Notes: a model not told the origin generated them from the sequence alone. Positions 39,526 through 51,181 are shown, counted from the stretch's first letter. The stretch is DNA of 64,000 nucleotides from Eledone cirrhosa (GCA_964016885.1 OZ024743.1:104470001-104534000); one strand, 5' to 3'. Made by a program: numbers and translations.

Positions 39526-39964
39526 TATACAGTAGCACCAGCGGTGGCTTCAATCATTTTCAGACATTTTCAGGCAATTTGGTATCAAAGGAGTTAAGCA
39601 AATTACATTAATCAAATTGAATCGAAACAATAAATTGGCATATCTACTTAATTTTTGCTGGATGCTAATTAACAAACCTACCATTTTATTTTGCTATTTC
39701 GATGAATTAAATTCATGGGATAATAATTGAGCTTAATTATTAATTTTCCTAGAAATAAGATATGTTGAATGAATTAGATAATTAATATAATATAAGAGAT
39801 AATAAATGGAGTTACTTCCTTCTATTTACCTCATTCAAAACCTGTTGTGGTGGTGGAGAAGGAAAAATAATTTGGAGTTGATTGAATTTGATGCCTATTT
39901 TCCACTTGTGTCTATATTAGAAATTATTGTTATTATTATTATTGCTACTATTACTATTATTTTG

Positions 39965-40400
39965 GTTGTTTGGCAGAATTCTAAGAACATCCAGCAAAAT
40001 GTTTTGTGGCATATAGTTACGTCCCTTTACGTTCTGAGTTCAAATCCAGACGAGGTTAGCTTTGCCTTGCCTATCATCTTTACAAGGTCAATAAAATGAA
40101 GTACCAGTAATACACTGCGGTTGATTTAATCGACTTCCCCTCCTCTTCAAATTGCAGGCCTTGTGCCTGAATCTGAAACCATTATTATTATTATTTTGGT
40201 TGTTTGGCAGAATTGTTAGAGAATCCAACAAAATGCTTTGTGGCATAGAGTTACGTCCCTTTACATTCTATGTTCAAATCTCGCTGTAGTTAACTTTGCT
40301 TTTCATCCTTATGGGCTTGATAAAGTAAAGTACCAGTCGGGTCAATTTAATCAATTTTCCCCTCCCCCAAAATTGTTGGCCTTGTGTCTAAATCAGAAAC
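39965..40400 (+). mobile_element. Two tandem, older Meta-type SINE copies
   Basis: 'tggcagaatt..gagttcaaatcc..tttgcc..tcatcctt..aagtaccagt' occurs twice. Confidence 0.7.
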
Positions 40401-40429
40401 CATCATCATTATTATTATTCATATTCTTT

Positions 40430-40900
40430 CACATCTCTGTTTTGGTTCATTAGATAACTTATGCTCAACTTCATTTATCCATCTTGCATCTTTGTTGTAC
40501 TCTTTTGCAATTTTCCATAGATTTGACCAAAATTGTGTAGATTCTTCAGCACTACGAGCAACTTCTGCACCATTTTCCTGATTTGCAGAGAAAAATCTGT
40601 TCGTATTGTTTTTATCTATTTGTATAGCAACTAACCTGGTTAGATTTTGCCTTAATTCACTGGTTTATTTCTTCTATCACTACATTCAAACCTTTCAACT
40701 TTATTTTATACCTCATGTCGATGCCCCATTTCTCCCCCACTTTAGCCTTTTTCCATTTTCCTCTATGCCATGCATCCATTTTACCGAGATCTTTTCTAAA
40801 CTGAATTATATCACCTTCCAATCTTATCTTCCACCTGGGTTCCATGCATTTTTTCTTTCTGTTTGCTTAATACCTAATTACTTAACTCTTTTGATACCAA
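40430..40900 (-). mobile_element. R4/Dong-like (REL) LINE fragment, pre-RT region
   Basis: EPRWKIRLEGDIIQFRKDL...YKIKLKGLNVVIEEINQ*IKAK...EESTQFWSNLW..EYNKDARWINEV resembles the region upstream of RT in R4-clade elements (family assignment from recall). Confidence 0.6.
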
Positions 40901-41799
40901 ACCATAATTTGATGTAAAAACCTCTAAGTTTTGTCTAACCCTAGCCTAACCATAATCCTTTTGAAACCCCCATAAGTCTATGATGCAAGACTGTTTATTT
41001 TAAAGTGTTTATCATCATCATCCATCTATTTTCCCTGCAGATGAATATATATATATCTAAAAACTTTCCATCATAGTTTTATGTAAGAACCTTAGTTAAG
41101 TTACGTTCTAAACACCATTTTAATAATGAGGATGCACATTTATTTTGTGTCTTCTTTTAAATGCTGCTAGTTAGGTTTATGGTCATAAACACATTTAATG
41201 TATTTGATTACATAGTGTCAAACTCTGTGCAAAGCTAGTAATAGACCCAGGCCAGATGGAGAATATACCTTACCATCAATGCTGGATCAAGGGAGCAGGT
41301 GACAATAGCTAGGGTCTCTACAATATTTAAAGGGCTTTAAATGATTTCAAAGAAATTTTACAGTCAGGTGCTCCATGCAAGTTTAATCAGCCCTTGCTAC
41401 CCACACAAAACTGGTAATAACTTCAGACCAGATATGAAATGTACCCCCACCCAATCCACAAGATAGTAATAGGTCCAGGCTGCACAAGAAATATAAGCTC
41501 CCATTTTAATATATTGATTAATTATTTTAGTAATCACTGCCTTTGACCTGGAAGGAGAATACATGCTAGAAGCCAGGAGAAGATAGGCAGTGATGTGGTC
41601 ACCATTGCTGACCCAACAAGGAGAGGGTGTTAGAGTTAAGGGTTGAAACACCCAATGAACATTAGGCACCATCAGATGTTGTCAACTACTCCTTGTTAAG
41701 GTTGTATTCACCAAAGGTGAATGAATCTGAAGCATTTTCTTTAAGATGTAATTATACTTACATGTATTTATGGGTTACAGTAATATACACATACACCAC

Positions 41800-42065
41800 A
41801 ACATCCAGTCCGAAACAAATGAGGTCGTGTGGGTGTCACAACAAAAATACACACAGTCCACGCTGTAATGTGGCCGTGTAGGTAACACGGTAAAAACCTC
41901 CCAGTCCACACTGTAAACGTGGTTGGTGTTAGGAAGGGCATCCAGCCGTAGAAGACCCGCCAGACAGTCCTATACGAGCAGGACAACCAATCTTGTCTCA
42001 AGTGGGAAACTCCCGTCCAAACCCATGCAAGCGTGGAAGATGGACGTTAAACGATGATGATGATG
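41800..42065 (+). mobile_element. RTE 3' tail fragment
   Basis: Near-identical to 22600-22985; ends gttaaacgatgatgatg. Confidence 0.8.
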
Positions 42066-42907
42066 TAGTGTACATGATGAACTTAGAACTAATAGAACAC
42101 AATAAAAGAACTAGAAGTTGAGGAGAGTAGCCCCACCTTAAAAGCATAGGCTTATGCCAACTGGCCTATCTGCCCTCACTCTGTTCTGCTTTCATTAAGC
42201 AAGGTAAGCAAAATGTGAGAAAACAGTGTCATTACCATTTTGGTAAAATAGACATTGGAAGGGAAAAAATTGCACACTTTTACTCGTACACTGGTTACAA
42301 GCAGATGTATGTAGCCACACTGGAGCAATGTCATGTATTTATAAAATTTATTTTGTCCTTCACACATATTCATCAAATCAAATTAATTAATTTTTTTCAC
42401 CTTCCATTTCTCTTCAGTTTTGTTAAAAATAATTCTTATGGTTTCCTGTCTAGTTACACACTGCTCATAGGTAAGACGGAAATTTACTGGTCATTAGTAT
42501 AACTTTGATAAACAGTGAAGGAAGTCATCATATAAGATACCATACAGCAGAGGAAGTAGTTCTTTAAATGAAAGTATATTTTACATACTTAATTCAGAAC
42601 ATGTGTTTCATAGGTAGATGGATAGATAAGTAGATATATTTCTTTATTAGCCACAGGGGCACAAAAGAAGGGGACAAATACAAGGGGGGAAGTTTAAGTA
42701 GATAGATAGATAAGTAGGTATATTTCTTCTCGAGGAGCGTGTTGTGCAAGTGCTCCTTTCTTCCTTTTATGGAATGGTGGATGGAAAGACACCTAGATAG
42801 AGAGAAGGGTGTGTGAATAGATAGATGGGTGGATATATAGGTAGGGAGGTAGACATATAGATAGATAAATAGATAGATGAAATGGTGGATGGATAGATAG
42901 ATAGATA

Positions 42908-43540
42908 TGTTTCTTTATTAGCCACAGGGGCACAAAAGAAGGGGACAAATACAAAGGGGGAAGTTTACATACAATAAAAACGTGTAAAATATTATCACAA
43001 ATGTAATTTAAAAATTAGTCGATTTTCCACAATAGAGGGAGACATTTCATATGGTAGGTTTTGTTGATTTTCTAAGTAAGAAATCAAAAATTTATTGTTA
43101 AATTTATTACTATTTTATAGCTTAACCCCACGTCTGGACTTTCAGACGGTGGGTCAAGTCATCTTCACCCCTCCCTGGGGTGAAATTTTCGTTTTGAAAA
43201 AAATTTCGCCGGTGAAAAAAAAGTGTAAACAAACCTTGCATTCAGTCATGAACGCTGCGTTCATAACTAGAAGTGGTGGAGAGGCGGTAAGAGTGTTAAG
43301 CTCGCAGTCACCTCCTCTCACCACCTCATTGACAGACATCGAAAATGTCGTCAGTTTTGAAAACACGATGTTGGAGGTTGATTGTAACATCAACACCAAT
43401 AACATGCAAAATAGAAACAACACCAACCAGAACAACAAGAACAACAACAGCAACACGAATAACTCCACAAACAAGGAAAAGATTTCTTTTGTTCAAACCA
43501 TCCAAAAGACAGAACTGTTCATATACCTTGACATTTCCAA
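42908..43540. mobile_element. Tx1-family remnant: minus-strand 3' end (42908-43052) fused to an inverted plus-strand 5'UTR/ORF1 start (43055-43540)
   Basis: The 3' part matches 49470-49610 and 43570-43630. The 5' part encodes MNAAFITRSGGEAVRVLSS..KISFVQT, homologous to 48947-49132 and the ORF1 start. Confidence 0.7.
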
Positions 43541-43782
43541 TGCTAGGGAGATAGATAGATAGATAGATTTCTTTATTTACCATAAAGGCATAAAAAGAAG
43601 GGACAAATACAAAGGGGGAGTTTACATATAATCGAGTAAAAAGGGTGTAACATGAAAATAATCGAAAATAACCTCAAAAGGGAGGGGACGTGATGGGGGT
43701 TGCACACACCCCCGAAAAAGTGTGCAATCCTTTGCCCGGGGAGCACATGGAGAAGGTGCTCCCCTCTCCTTTACTTCTTTAC

Positions 43783-46700
43783 CTACAGGATGGTATACAG
43801 AGAAGGCCCATTTACACGAGCCATTCTCGCCACTATCACCCACCTTTCATAAAACTGCCTGTGGCCAAGCACCTCTCTCTCCATTCTTATCCTCCTTCCG
43901 AAGTGATATCGGAAGAAGTAGACCAGACTATGGCCAGAGAGGAAGTTGCCTGACCTCAGACCTTTCAATCGTGTCCACCAAACAACCTCTTTCAACATGG
44001 CTATTACGCACAGAAAAACCGCCTTTGCTTCCTTTGTGAAGAGGGGAGGCGGTTTGATTGTCATCACGGACTCGGCGGTCAATTTAATCGGCGCCACCCG
44101 CGACAGCAGTTGTTCGGCGTAGCCCCACAGATCAGCCACGCCCGGACATTGCACCAATGCATGCGCCACGGTTTCTTCGTGACGCACGCATCTAGGGCAA
44201 ATCTTTTTTGAGGGATCCCTGCCCGGGCGCCCGTGTCTGTAGAGCCTCTCTCGAACGGGTAGAGCCCCTCGGTAGCACTGCCAGGCCAGTGACTTCTGGA
44301 AGTTGTCCATTGGTCCTGGGCCGAAAGTCCTACCGAACAGGCTGGCCAGTTCGTCTTCTTCCATGTCCAGCGATTCCCCAAGGGTGTCATCGCCCCTGCT
44401 AGCCACCAGCCCTCTATAGAATGATGAGGTGGATTCTCCACCGATGGCCCGGCCCGCTTGCCAGAGAGCCCTGAGCGCCTGAGCACACTCAGTGTGCCAG
44501 TCTCCCAGTTTTCCGGATCTTTGCTTGACCCAGGACTGTAGCTCGGTGAGTGAGACGAGTCTCGGAAAGGCTCGTTTCACGAACGGAGCCCACACCGGTT
44601 GACCAGTGAGGAATACCTGTAGGTGCCGTAGCCTTAATGCGTGCCTACGCATCATCAACCACGGCATCCCCAGCCCTCCTTTCGAAGGTTGTTGGCAGCA
44701 GATGGATCTTCTCACCATAGGAGGACGCTTCTTCCAAAGAAATTGGAAGAGCATGCGTTCCATGGTGGTGAGTGTTTCCTTAGGGCAAGGCACGACAGTC
44801 AGGCGGTAGTAAGTGACGGACGCTATGTAAATGTTCGCCACCTCCGCCCGGCCTTTTAGGGACAGCTTACACTTGGCCCATTTCTGGGTTAGTGCAAACA
44901 CCTTGTTCGTAACCTCGTTCCAGTTCTTTTCCACCTGGAGGTCCGGTCCAAACCAGACCCCAAGCAACTTTACCGGGCCCTCCGTCCAGTGTCCGACGAC
45001 ACCGTCAGGAGGCATCGGTCTGCCTCTCCACGTTCCGAGTTGCAGCCCGATGGATTTTTCCCGGTTCAGTTTCGCTCCTGACAACCTTTCGTACTCCTCC
45101 AGTAAGGTACCGATCACCTCGATCTCCGAGTCGGTTGATACCATTACTGTTACGTCATCGGCGTAGGCCGACACCGCTTTGCTCAATCCTGGTTCCAGGG
45201 GGATACCCTGCAACAACTCCAACTTCCTCAGTAAAGGCTCGAGAGTCAATACGTACAGAAGGGAGGAGAGAGGGCACCCCTGTCGAATGGATCGTGTGAT
45301 TTCGAACGGCTTCGAAAGGTAGCCGTTCACCTTGATCCTAGAACAGATGTGGTTGCTATGTAGGGCAGTGATCCAGCCTCTGAAAACAGGACCGAACCCA
45401 GCCGCCGCTAGCACCGCATCCAGGTAACCATGGTCGACCCTATCGAAGGCCTTAGACTGATCCAAGTTGATCAGGGCCCCACCGAAGCCGGGTTTGTTGC
45501 CAACCCTCTCTATGATGTATCGCATGAGGTGGAGGTTATCGTGAATGGACCTGGATGGGATAGCACATGTCTGCGCATCTCCCACCAGGCCACCCACGAC
45601 AAGCGCCAACCTCTTTGCTAACACCTTGGCCAAAATCTTTAACTCTGTGTTTAGCAGGGTTATGGGCCGAAAATTATTTATACTATCCCCCTTGTTCTCG
45701 TCCTTCCTCACCAGCGTGACTACGCCCTTGGCTACAGAACAAGGAATTCTCCCGTTCTGCTGCCAATTGCAGTAGACCGCTTCGAGGAGTTCGGAGAAGA
45801 AGACCGGCATTGCTAAATAAAGTTCGTAAGGTATACCATCGAGACCTGGAGATTTGCGTCTGCTACATTGGCTCAGCGCATCTCCGATCTCATCAGCCGA
45901 GATTGGTCCCTCGCAGGACTCTGCCTCTTTGTTCGAGAGACGCGGCAGGCCGTCGAGGTATGGACCGAAATCCACGCCCCGGCCCGGACCCTCGCCTCCC
46001 CCGAACAATCGGGCAAAGTGCTTTTGAAAGGCCTCGCACATCTGCTTAGGCTCCCGGATCACTCGTCCATCTTCGTCTTGCAACGACCGGATGGTGGATC
46101 GATTTCCACTTTTAGCTTCTGTCACGCGGGCCCATCCAACGGCTTTGGCCCCCTCATTACCTAGAGCACGTATTTTACTTCGAATGACGCAGCCTTCATG
46201 CTTTGCATCGAAAAACTGGTTCAAGGCCGTCCTCGATGCCAGCACTCTGGCCACATCTTCGCTCTTGATTGCCTCTTCTAATTTACCTGTTAATTCTTTC
46301 TCGTTTCTATTCCTATTGGCAGCTAACATCTTGCTATAACTTATTGATTCTGTTCTAATCTCTCTTTTGAGAGATGCCCACCATCGGTTGTTGACGATTG
46401 CACCCGTCAACCTCTCCTTAACTAATCTGCTAATCCGGTTTCTGTAAGTCTCTTTTGCCGGTAAAGACAAATTAAGTTTCCAGTAACCGGGACCCTGTCT
46501 ATGTGTTTTCTCGAGATTGACCACGCAGGTCACTAATTTGTGATCCGTGTAGCCAACCGTGCGCATTTCTGGACAGCTTAATATGTCCCTATCCTTACTT
46601 CTAACTAAGAATCTATCTAAGTACGATCTAGCTTGACCACTGTGGTTTCTCCAAGTCCAGGTAGGCACAGTTGGAAAATCTAGTCGATATCTATCGACCA

Positions 46701-47220
46701 AGTTAAAACGGTCGAGTAACCCCTTGAGGCTGTTACACCCCCCTCTATTAGGACATGCTCCTGCATAGTCCCAACGTGCATCCAGGATGTCATTCCAATC
46801 CCCCGCTAGAAGCAGGGAACGCGACGTTCCCAGAAAAGTCTCCAAACGCTGGAAGAAGTCGGGCCGTTCAGCTCCGAAAGGGGAGTAGACGGCGACCAGT
46901 CTCAAGGCCGCACTTTCACTACTGCCAACGTCTAGCACCAACAAACGACCCTCCGGGTCCGAGTGCACAACCTGTACGGCAAGACCCAGGTGTTTTTGCA
47001 GCAGCACGACAACCCCACCCCCACCTCCAGGTTGACAGAGAGATGCATGCACCTCAAAGTCATCGAAGGTGGGGGCCAGCTGCCGCATGACGCTGATTCG
47101 AGTCTCACAGATAACCATTACATTTATACTACATGACCTGAGGTCATTTAGAAGCTTTGCTTGCTTCCAAGTTGAGCCCAGGCCACGTGCATTCAAACAT
47201 CCTACTCTTAACACATCCAT
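43783..47220 (-). CDS. Tx1/L1 ORF2: AP endonuclease, reverse transcriptase and C-terminal CCHC
   Basis: 1145 aa uninterrupted: LNARGL, GDWN, LDRF, TDHK, WKLN, KSPGLDG, FRPITLLN, DQSKAFDRVDH, RQGCPLS, AYADD, CPRC..ETVAHALVQC. Confidence 0.95.
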   Translation of the reverse strand: MDVLRVGCLNARGLGSTWKQAKLLNDLRSCSINVMVICETRISVMRQLAPTFDDFEVHASLCQPGGGGGVVVLLQKHLGLAVQVVHSDPEGRLLVLDVGSSESAALRLVAVYSPFGAERPDFFQRLETFLGTSRSLLLAGDWNDILDARWDYAGACPNRGGCNSLKGLLDRFNLVDRYRLDFPTVPTWTWRNHSGQARSYLDRFLVRSKDRDILSCPEMRTVGYTDHKLVTCVVNLEKTHRQGPGYWKLNLSLPAKETYRNRISRLVKERLTGAIVNNRWWASLKREIRTESISYSKMLAANRNRNEKELTGKLEEAIKSEDVARVLASRTALNQFFDAKHEGCVIRSKIRALGNEGAKAVGWARVTEAKSGNRSTIRSLQDEDGRVIREPKQMCEAFQKHFARLFGGGEGPGRGVDFGPYLDGLPRLSNKEAESCEGPISADEIGDALSQCSRRKSPGLDGIPYELYLAMPVFFSELLEAVYCNWQQNGRIPCSVAKGVVTLVRKDENKGDSINNFRPITLLNTELKILAKVLAKRLALVVGGLVGDAQTCAIPSRSIHDNLHLMRYIIERVGNKPGFGGALINLDQSKAFDRVDHGYLDAVLAAAGFGPVFRGWITALHSNHICSRIKVNGYLSKPFEITRSIRQGCPLSSLLYVLTLEPLLRKLELLQGIPLEPGLSKAVSAYADDVTVMVSTDSEIEVIGTLLEEYERLSGAKLNREKSIGLQLGTWRGRPMPPDGVVGHWTEGPVKLLGVWFGPDLQVEKNWNEVTNKVFALTQKWAKCKLSLKGRAEVANIYIASVTYYRLTVVPCPKETLTTMERMLFQFLWKKRPPMVRRSICCQQPSKGGLGMPWLMMRRHALRLRHLQVFLTGQPVWAPFVKRAFPRLVSLTELQSWVKQRSGKLGDWHTECAQALRALWQAGRAIGGESTSSFYRGLVASRGDDTLGESLDMEEDELASLFGRTFGPGPMDNFQKSLAWQCYRGALPVRERLYRHGRPGRDPSKKICPRCVRHEETVAHALVQCPGVADLWGYAEQLLSRVAPIKLTAESVMTIKPPPLFTKEAKAVFLCVIAMLKEVVWWTRLKGLRSGNFLSGHSLVYFFRYHFGRRIRMEREVLGHRQFYERWVIVARMARVNGPSLYTIL

Positions 47221-47253
47221 GTGGGCGGCAGAGCCAAAGGAGAGTGTAGAGAC

Positions 47254-49132
47254 CTACCTTTCCGCTTCCCGGGGTTCGGGTTGCACGACTTCCATGGGGT
47301 CGGGGGTGTTGGGTGAAGGGGTGTCTTGTGGTGGTGTGGGGTCGTCGGTGTGTGGTGGGGTTGGGGTGTTTGGAGTTGTGTTGGGGAGGGGAAGGGGAGG
47401 GGGAAAGCTTTTTAGTAGGACGCGGTTTATGGGTTTGACAGAGGGTGGTCCTACGTCCTCCTTAAAATCCTTTTTTAGTTTTTGGTAGAGGTTCATTGGG
47501 ATTTTTATTAGTTTTAAATGTGGGTGGTTTTCTGATGAAACAAAGTTTACACCCTCGGTTTGTACCGAAGGATTATTGTATATGAGTTCATTTAATTTAT
47601 TATTGTTTCTGTTGATGTAAGTATAGTGTAATGTCTTTTTTTCCGATGGTGTGAGTGTTTCGAAGAGGGGAGGGGCAGGTTTGGTTTTGTTTGTTGCTGG
47701 AGGGGTGTTTTCTGTTTTGTTAGATTGTGTTGCGATTTGGGTGGGGGTTGTTTGTCCTTGTGTGTTTTGCACATGTTTTCTTTTTTTCCTTTTAATCTGT
47801 CTGAAGGACTCCGTTTCTTCCTCCGAATTCGTTGGGTTATCTTCAGTGTTGGAGGGAAGAGGTATGTTTGCTGGTAATGTTTCCGTGTTGGTTTTCTTTG
47901 TGGGGGAGATGGATGTCACTATGTTAGACTGTGTTGTGTGTTGTGTCTGCGGTGGTTGTGTTGTTTTATTGAGTGAGAGGTTGGGTGGGCCTGTATTTTG
48001 TTTTGGGGTAATGTGTTGTGACTGTTTGTGTTGTGGTGGTGTTGTGGTGTTACTGAGGGACGGGTTGGGTGGGACTGAGTTTTGTTGTTTGTTTATCTGT
48101 TGTGGTGGTGGTGGTGGAGCTGGTGTTGGTAGCAGGGTTTTCTTTTTGTTGAGTTGGGGACAAGCGGCCTTCAGGTGCCCTCTGCCTGCACAGATATGGC
48201 AGGACGGCCTTCTCCCCTCCACGCTAATGTTTATATACCCGTGGTCCTCTAATAGGATTCTGTCGGGTATTTGGGCGATGCGTTCAGGCTTCATTTGTAC
48301 TACCAGCTCTATACCTGTTCCACTGAACGCATTGCCTGTGGTTTTCCCAATGGAAATCACGTTGTCATTCATTGGATCGATGAAGCCAGCTATGAGCCAG
48401 CAGTAGTCCACATCTGGCATCATTGCATCCAGCCATATGCGTTGAGTTTTTTTTCCCATATAAGATGGATAAAAGGTGAAATTTTTCGAACGAATCGGTG
48501 ACAAAGCACATTTTTTTGCCGCCGATTCGTTCTTCATGATAATTGCTAGGCTTCCATACAGTCTGTCTTTTCTTATGAAAGTTGTTTCATTCAGTACTTC
48601 TGCGAGTACTGTTTTGATATCTGCTTGAGAAGGCTGTTCAGGTTTTTTTGTACTGTTGTTGATGGTCCGAAACTTGACCGTTCGGCTTTCAATGTCTTTC
48701 GTGAATTCTTGAGGCATTTTTACCAATAAAATACCATTCTCACCTTCACTTATGTATTGTTTTGCGTCCGTGATCCTTCGTACCACATCTGAAATGTTTT
48801 CCGCTATATAAGTCAAAGATTTCTTTGTTTTCTGTGCAAATGAAATCTTGTCGTCTGCTTTGTTTTCTGATATGATGTTATTTTCAACTGTTATTTTTTT
48901 GTTTGTTGTGTCTTTGTTTGTGTTATTAGTATTGTCATGCAATTTTTCAAATTTTTTTTTTTTCGTTGTTTTCGTCATTTAATTTTTTCTCCGCAGATTC
49001 GTCCGTTTTTATTTTCATTTTTCCTTCCTTCTCTATGACGTTAGTTGGGAAGGAAGGGAGGACTAAAGCGTGCGAGCTTACAACTCTTACCGCTGTCCCC
49101 CCACCACTATTTTCGTTCGCTGCGTTTAACAT
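47254..49132 (-). CDS. Tx1 ORF1 (zinc knuckle, Pro/Thr-rich tail); N-terminus split by a frameshift in an A-run near 48955
   Basis: CHICAGRGHLKAAC (CX2CX4HX4C) in 47254..48978. Upstream frame 48947..49132 matches the contiguous N-terminus of the sister copy at 43248. Confidence 0.8.
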
Positions 49133-49465
49133 TTCTGTTAGACGATTGAAATTGTTTACACAAAATTTTTTTTAAAACAGGTTTTTCACCTCTAGGAGGG
49201 GTAAAGATGAGCTGACCCACCGCCTGACAGTTCAGACGGAGGGTCAAGCTACACAATTGTATCAAAATTAAGTTTGAACTCACAAAATTTCCTCAATAAA
49301 TTTGAACAAAACTTCTGTGCGAAGTGAATGACATCCACACTGTAGAACAGACGATGACTAGATCATGGGGGGGGGGGGGGGAGGTAAACACATAGATATT
49401 TCGGTAGATAGATAGATAGATGGATGGGTAGATAGATAGGTAGGGAGGTAAACACATAGATAGAT

Positions 49466-49790
49466 ATGTTTATTTATTAGCCACAGAGGCACAAAAGAAG
49501 GGGACAAATACAAAGGGGGAAGTTTACATACAATAAAAACGTGTAAAATATTATCACAAATGCAATTTAAAAAATTAGTCGATTTTCCCCAATAGGGGGA
49601 GACAGTTCATATGGGTAACACATACCCCCGAAAAAAATGTGCAACCCTCATCTCCAGGAGTACGAAGAGTTTGTATTCCCTTCCTCTCCTCCGCCTTTTC
49701 CTCAACCTACAGGCTGATATAGAGAGAAGGCCCATTCACTCGGGCCATTCTCGCCACTTTCACCCACCTTTCATAAAAATTGCTGGGGTA
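49466..49790 (-). mobile_element. Tx1-family 3' end fragment
   Basis: Matches 43570-43860 (end of ORF2, 3' UTR, AATAAA); flanked by GATA repeats. A shorter piece lies at 42636-42695. Confidence 0.8.
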
Positions 49791-50172
49791 AACACATAGA
49801 TAGATAGATAAATGAATACTTAAAGGAATAGATGGATGGGGGAATTGATAAATAAGTAGACACATCATCATCATCATCGTTTAACGTCTATCTTCCACAC
49901 TAGCATATAAATGGATAGATAGATATATAGGTACGCAAATAGGTAAGCACATGAATAGATAGATATAGTAAGCTGGCCTGATAGATAAATAGATAGATAG
50001 ATAGAGACATAGTGAGGGAAATCAAAGATATATCAAATAATAACATTGAATAATGTGGATTGTTTCACCAGAAGATAATTCCTTTCTGAGCAGCTGCTAA
50101 CTTTACATAAAACACACATTCTGTTATTGGTTTAATCAATCTTATATATGTGCATATTTATTCTTTTAATAC

Positions 50173-50388
50173 TTTTCGAAATTCCTCCGATAAAGAAAGA
50201 GATGTTCTTTATAACTAAGAAACAAGTCTGCATTGTTAGAATATAGAGAACAATAGCCATATAGAATCACATGTTTGTCTCTAGAAATGCTTTGCTGATT
50301 TCTAATATGTCTGCTTACAATGGAAAGGAGCCGATTGTCATATTGGACCAAGGAAACATTGTTTCTATTGGTCATTCCATTGCTGAAG
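50173..50388 (-). other. Candidate host coding exon (216 nt, symmetric phase)
   Basis: Non-repetitive, stop-free frame FSNGMTNRNNVSLVQYDNRLL...LYRRNFE bounded by ag|...|gt. No family recognised and the pyrimidine tract is weak. Confidence 0.3.
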
Positions 50389-50400
50389 CTATATATGTAT

Positions 50401-50438
<38 letters not shown>

Positions 50439-50439
50439 G

Positions 50440-50990
50440 AAATATTAAAAAAATAATGAATAAAACAATGAAACAGTTCCTTATATTAAACAAAAAAAGT
50501 TCATTATTTAACTATCGTTTCTGGGATATATATGTGTTAGAATTGGCATGTATATTTAACAGATCTATGTACAAAATTATACAAACTATCAAAATTAAAT
50601 ACACATACCAACTCATATATATGCCGTCTTCAGAAATAATATTATTTCTGAAGACGGCATATATATGAGTTGGTATGTGTATTTAATTTTGATAGTTTGT
50701 ATAATTTTGTATAATTTTGTACATAGATCTGTTAAATATACATGCCAATTCTAACACATATATATCCCAGAAACGATCGTTAAATAATGAACTTTTTTTG
50801 TTTAATATAAGGAACTGTTTCATTGTTTTATTCATTATTTTTTTAATATTTTATCTTGACTCTGTATTCCGTTTATCTTTCACCGAAAGTGATTTTTCAT
50901 TGCATCTCTTCTTTCCATGATGATATCCGGATTACATTGAGTTCTTCATACGGATTGGACACTACCGTAAACTCTTGGTAAATTTATCTA
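50440..50990. mobile_element. ~410-bp spacer-less palindrome plus tail in (TA)n, with divergent hammerheads
   Basis: Arms 50440-50640 and 50641-50851 (10-bp duplication in the right arm); centre aaataat|attattt. Confidence 0.75.
50641..50788 (+). ncRNA. Type-I hammerhead with ~115-nt stem II domain
   Basis: ATTATTT-CTGAAGA-cGGcATATATATG-AGTTGGTATGTGTATTTAA...TTAAATATACATGCCAATT..CATATATATcCCa-GAAA-CGATCG-TT-AAATAAT. Confidence 0.7.
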
Positions 50991-51181
50991 CATATATATA
51001 TATATATATATAAGCATGTGTATTCAGTTTAGAATAGGTGCATTGAATTCTTGTGTTTTAAGAAGTAACTAAAAGGGTTGGTGACAGAAAGAGCACCTGG
51101 CTGTAAAACATTGCCTCAAAAAGTCCCATCCAACCCATGCCAGCATGGAAAAGTTGACATAAAAGTGATGATGATGATATA

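Larger units (their letters stand above)
43567..49360 (-). mobile_element. Full-length L1/Tx1-clade non-LTR retrotransposon
   Basis: ORF1 plus ORF2; 3' AATAAA followed directly by (TCTA)n; structured 5' UTR. Confidence 0.92.

Noticed and set aside
41230-41670. Possible LTR-retroelement pol relic
   Set aside because: No sustained reading frame or diagnostic motif.
47651-48406. 251-aa antisense ORF
   Set aside because: Shadow of the low-complexity Pro/Thr/Gln region of Tx1 ORF1.
50910-50975. Second hammerhead-like string (ATGATGA..ATCCG/CGGAT..GGACAC..GTA)
   Set aside because: Core mismatches and no stem I.
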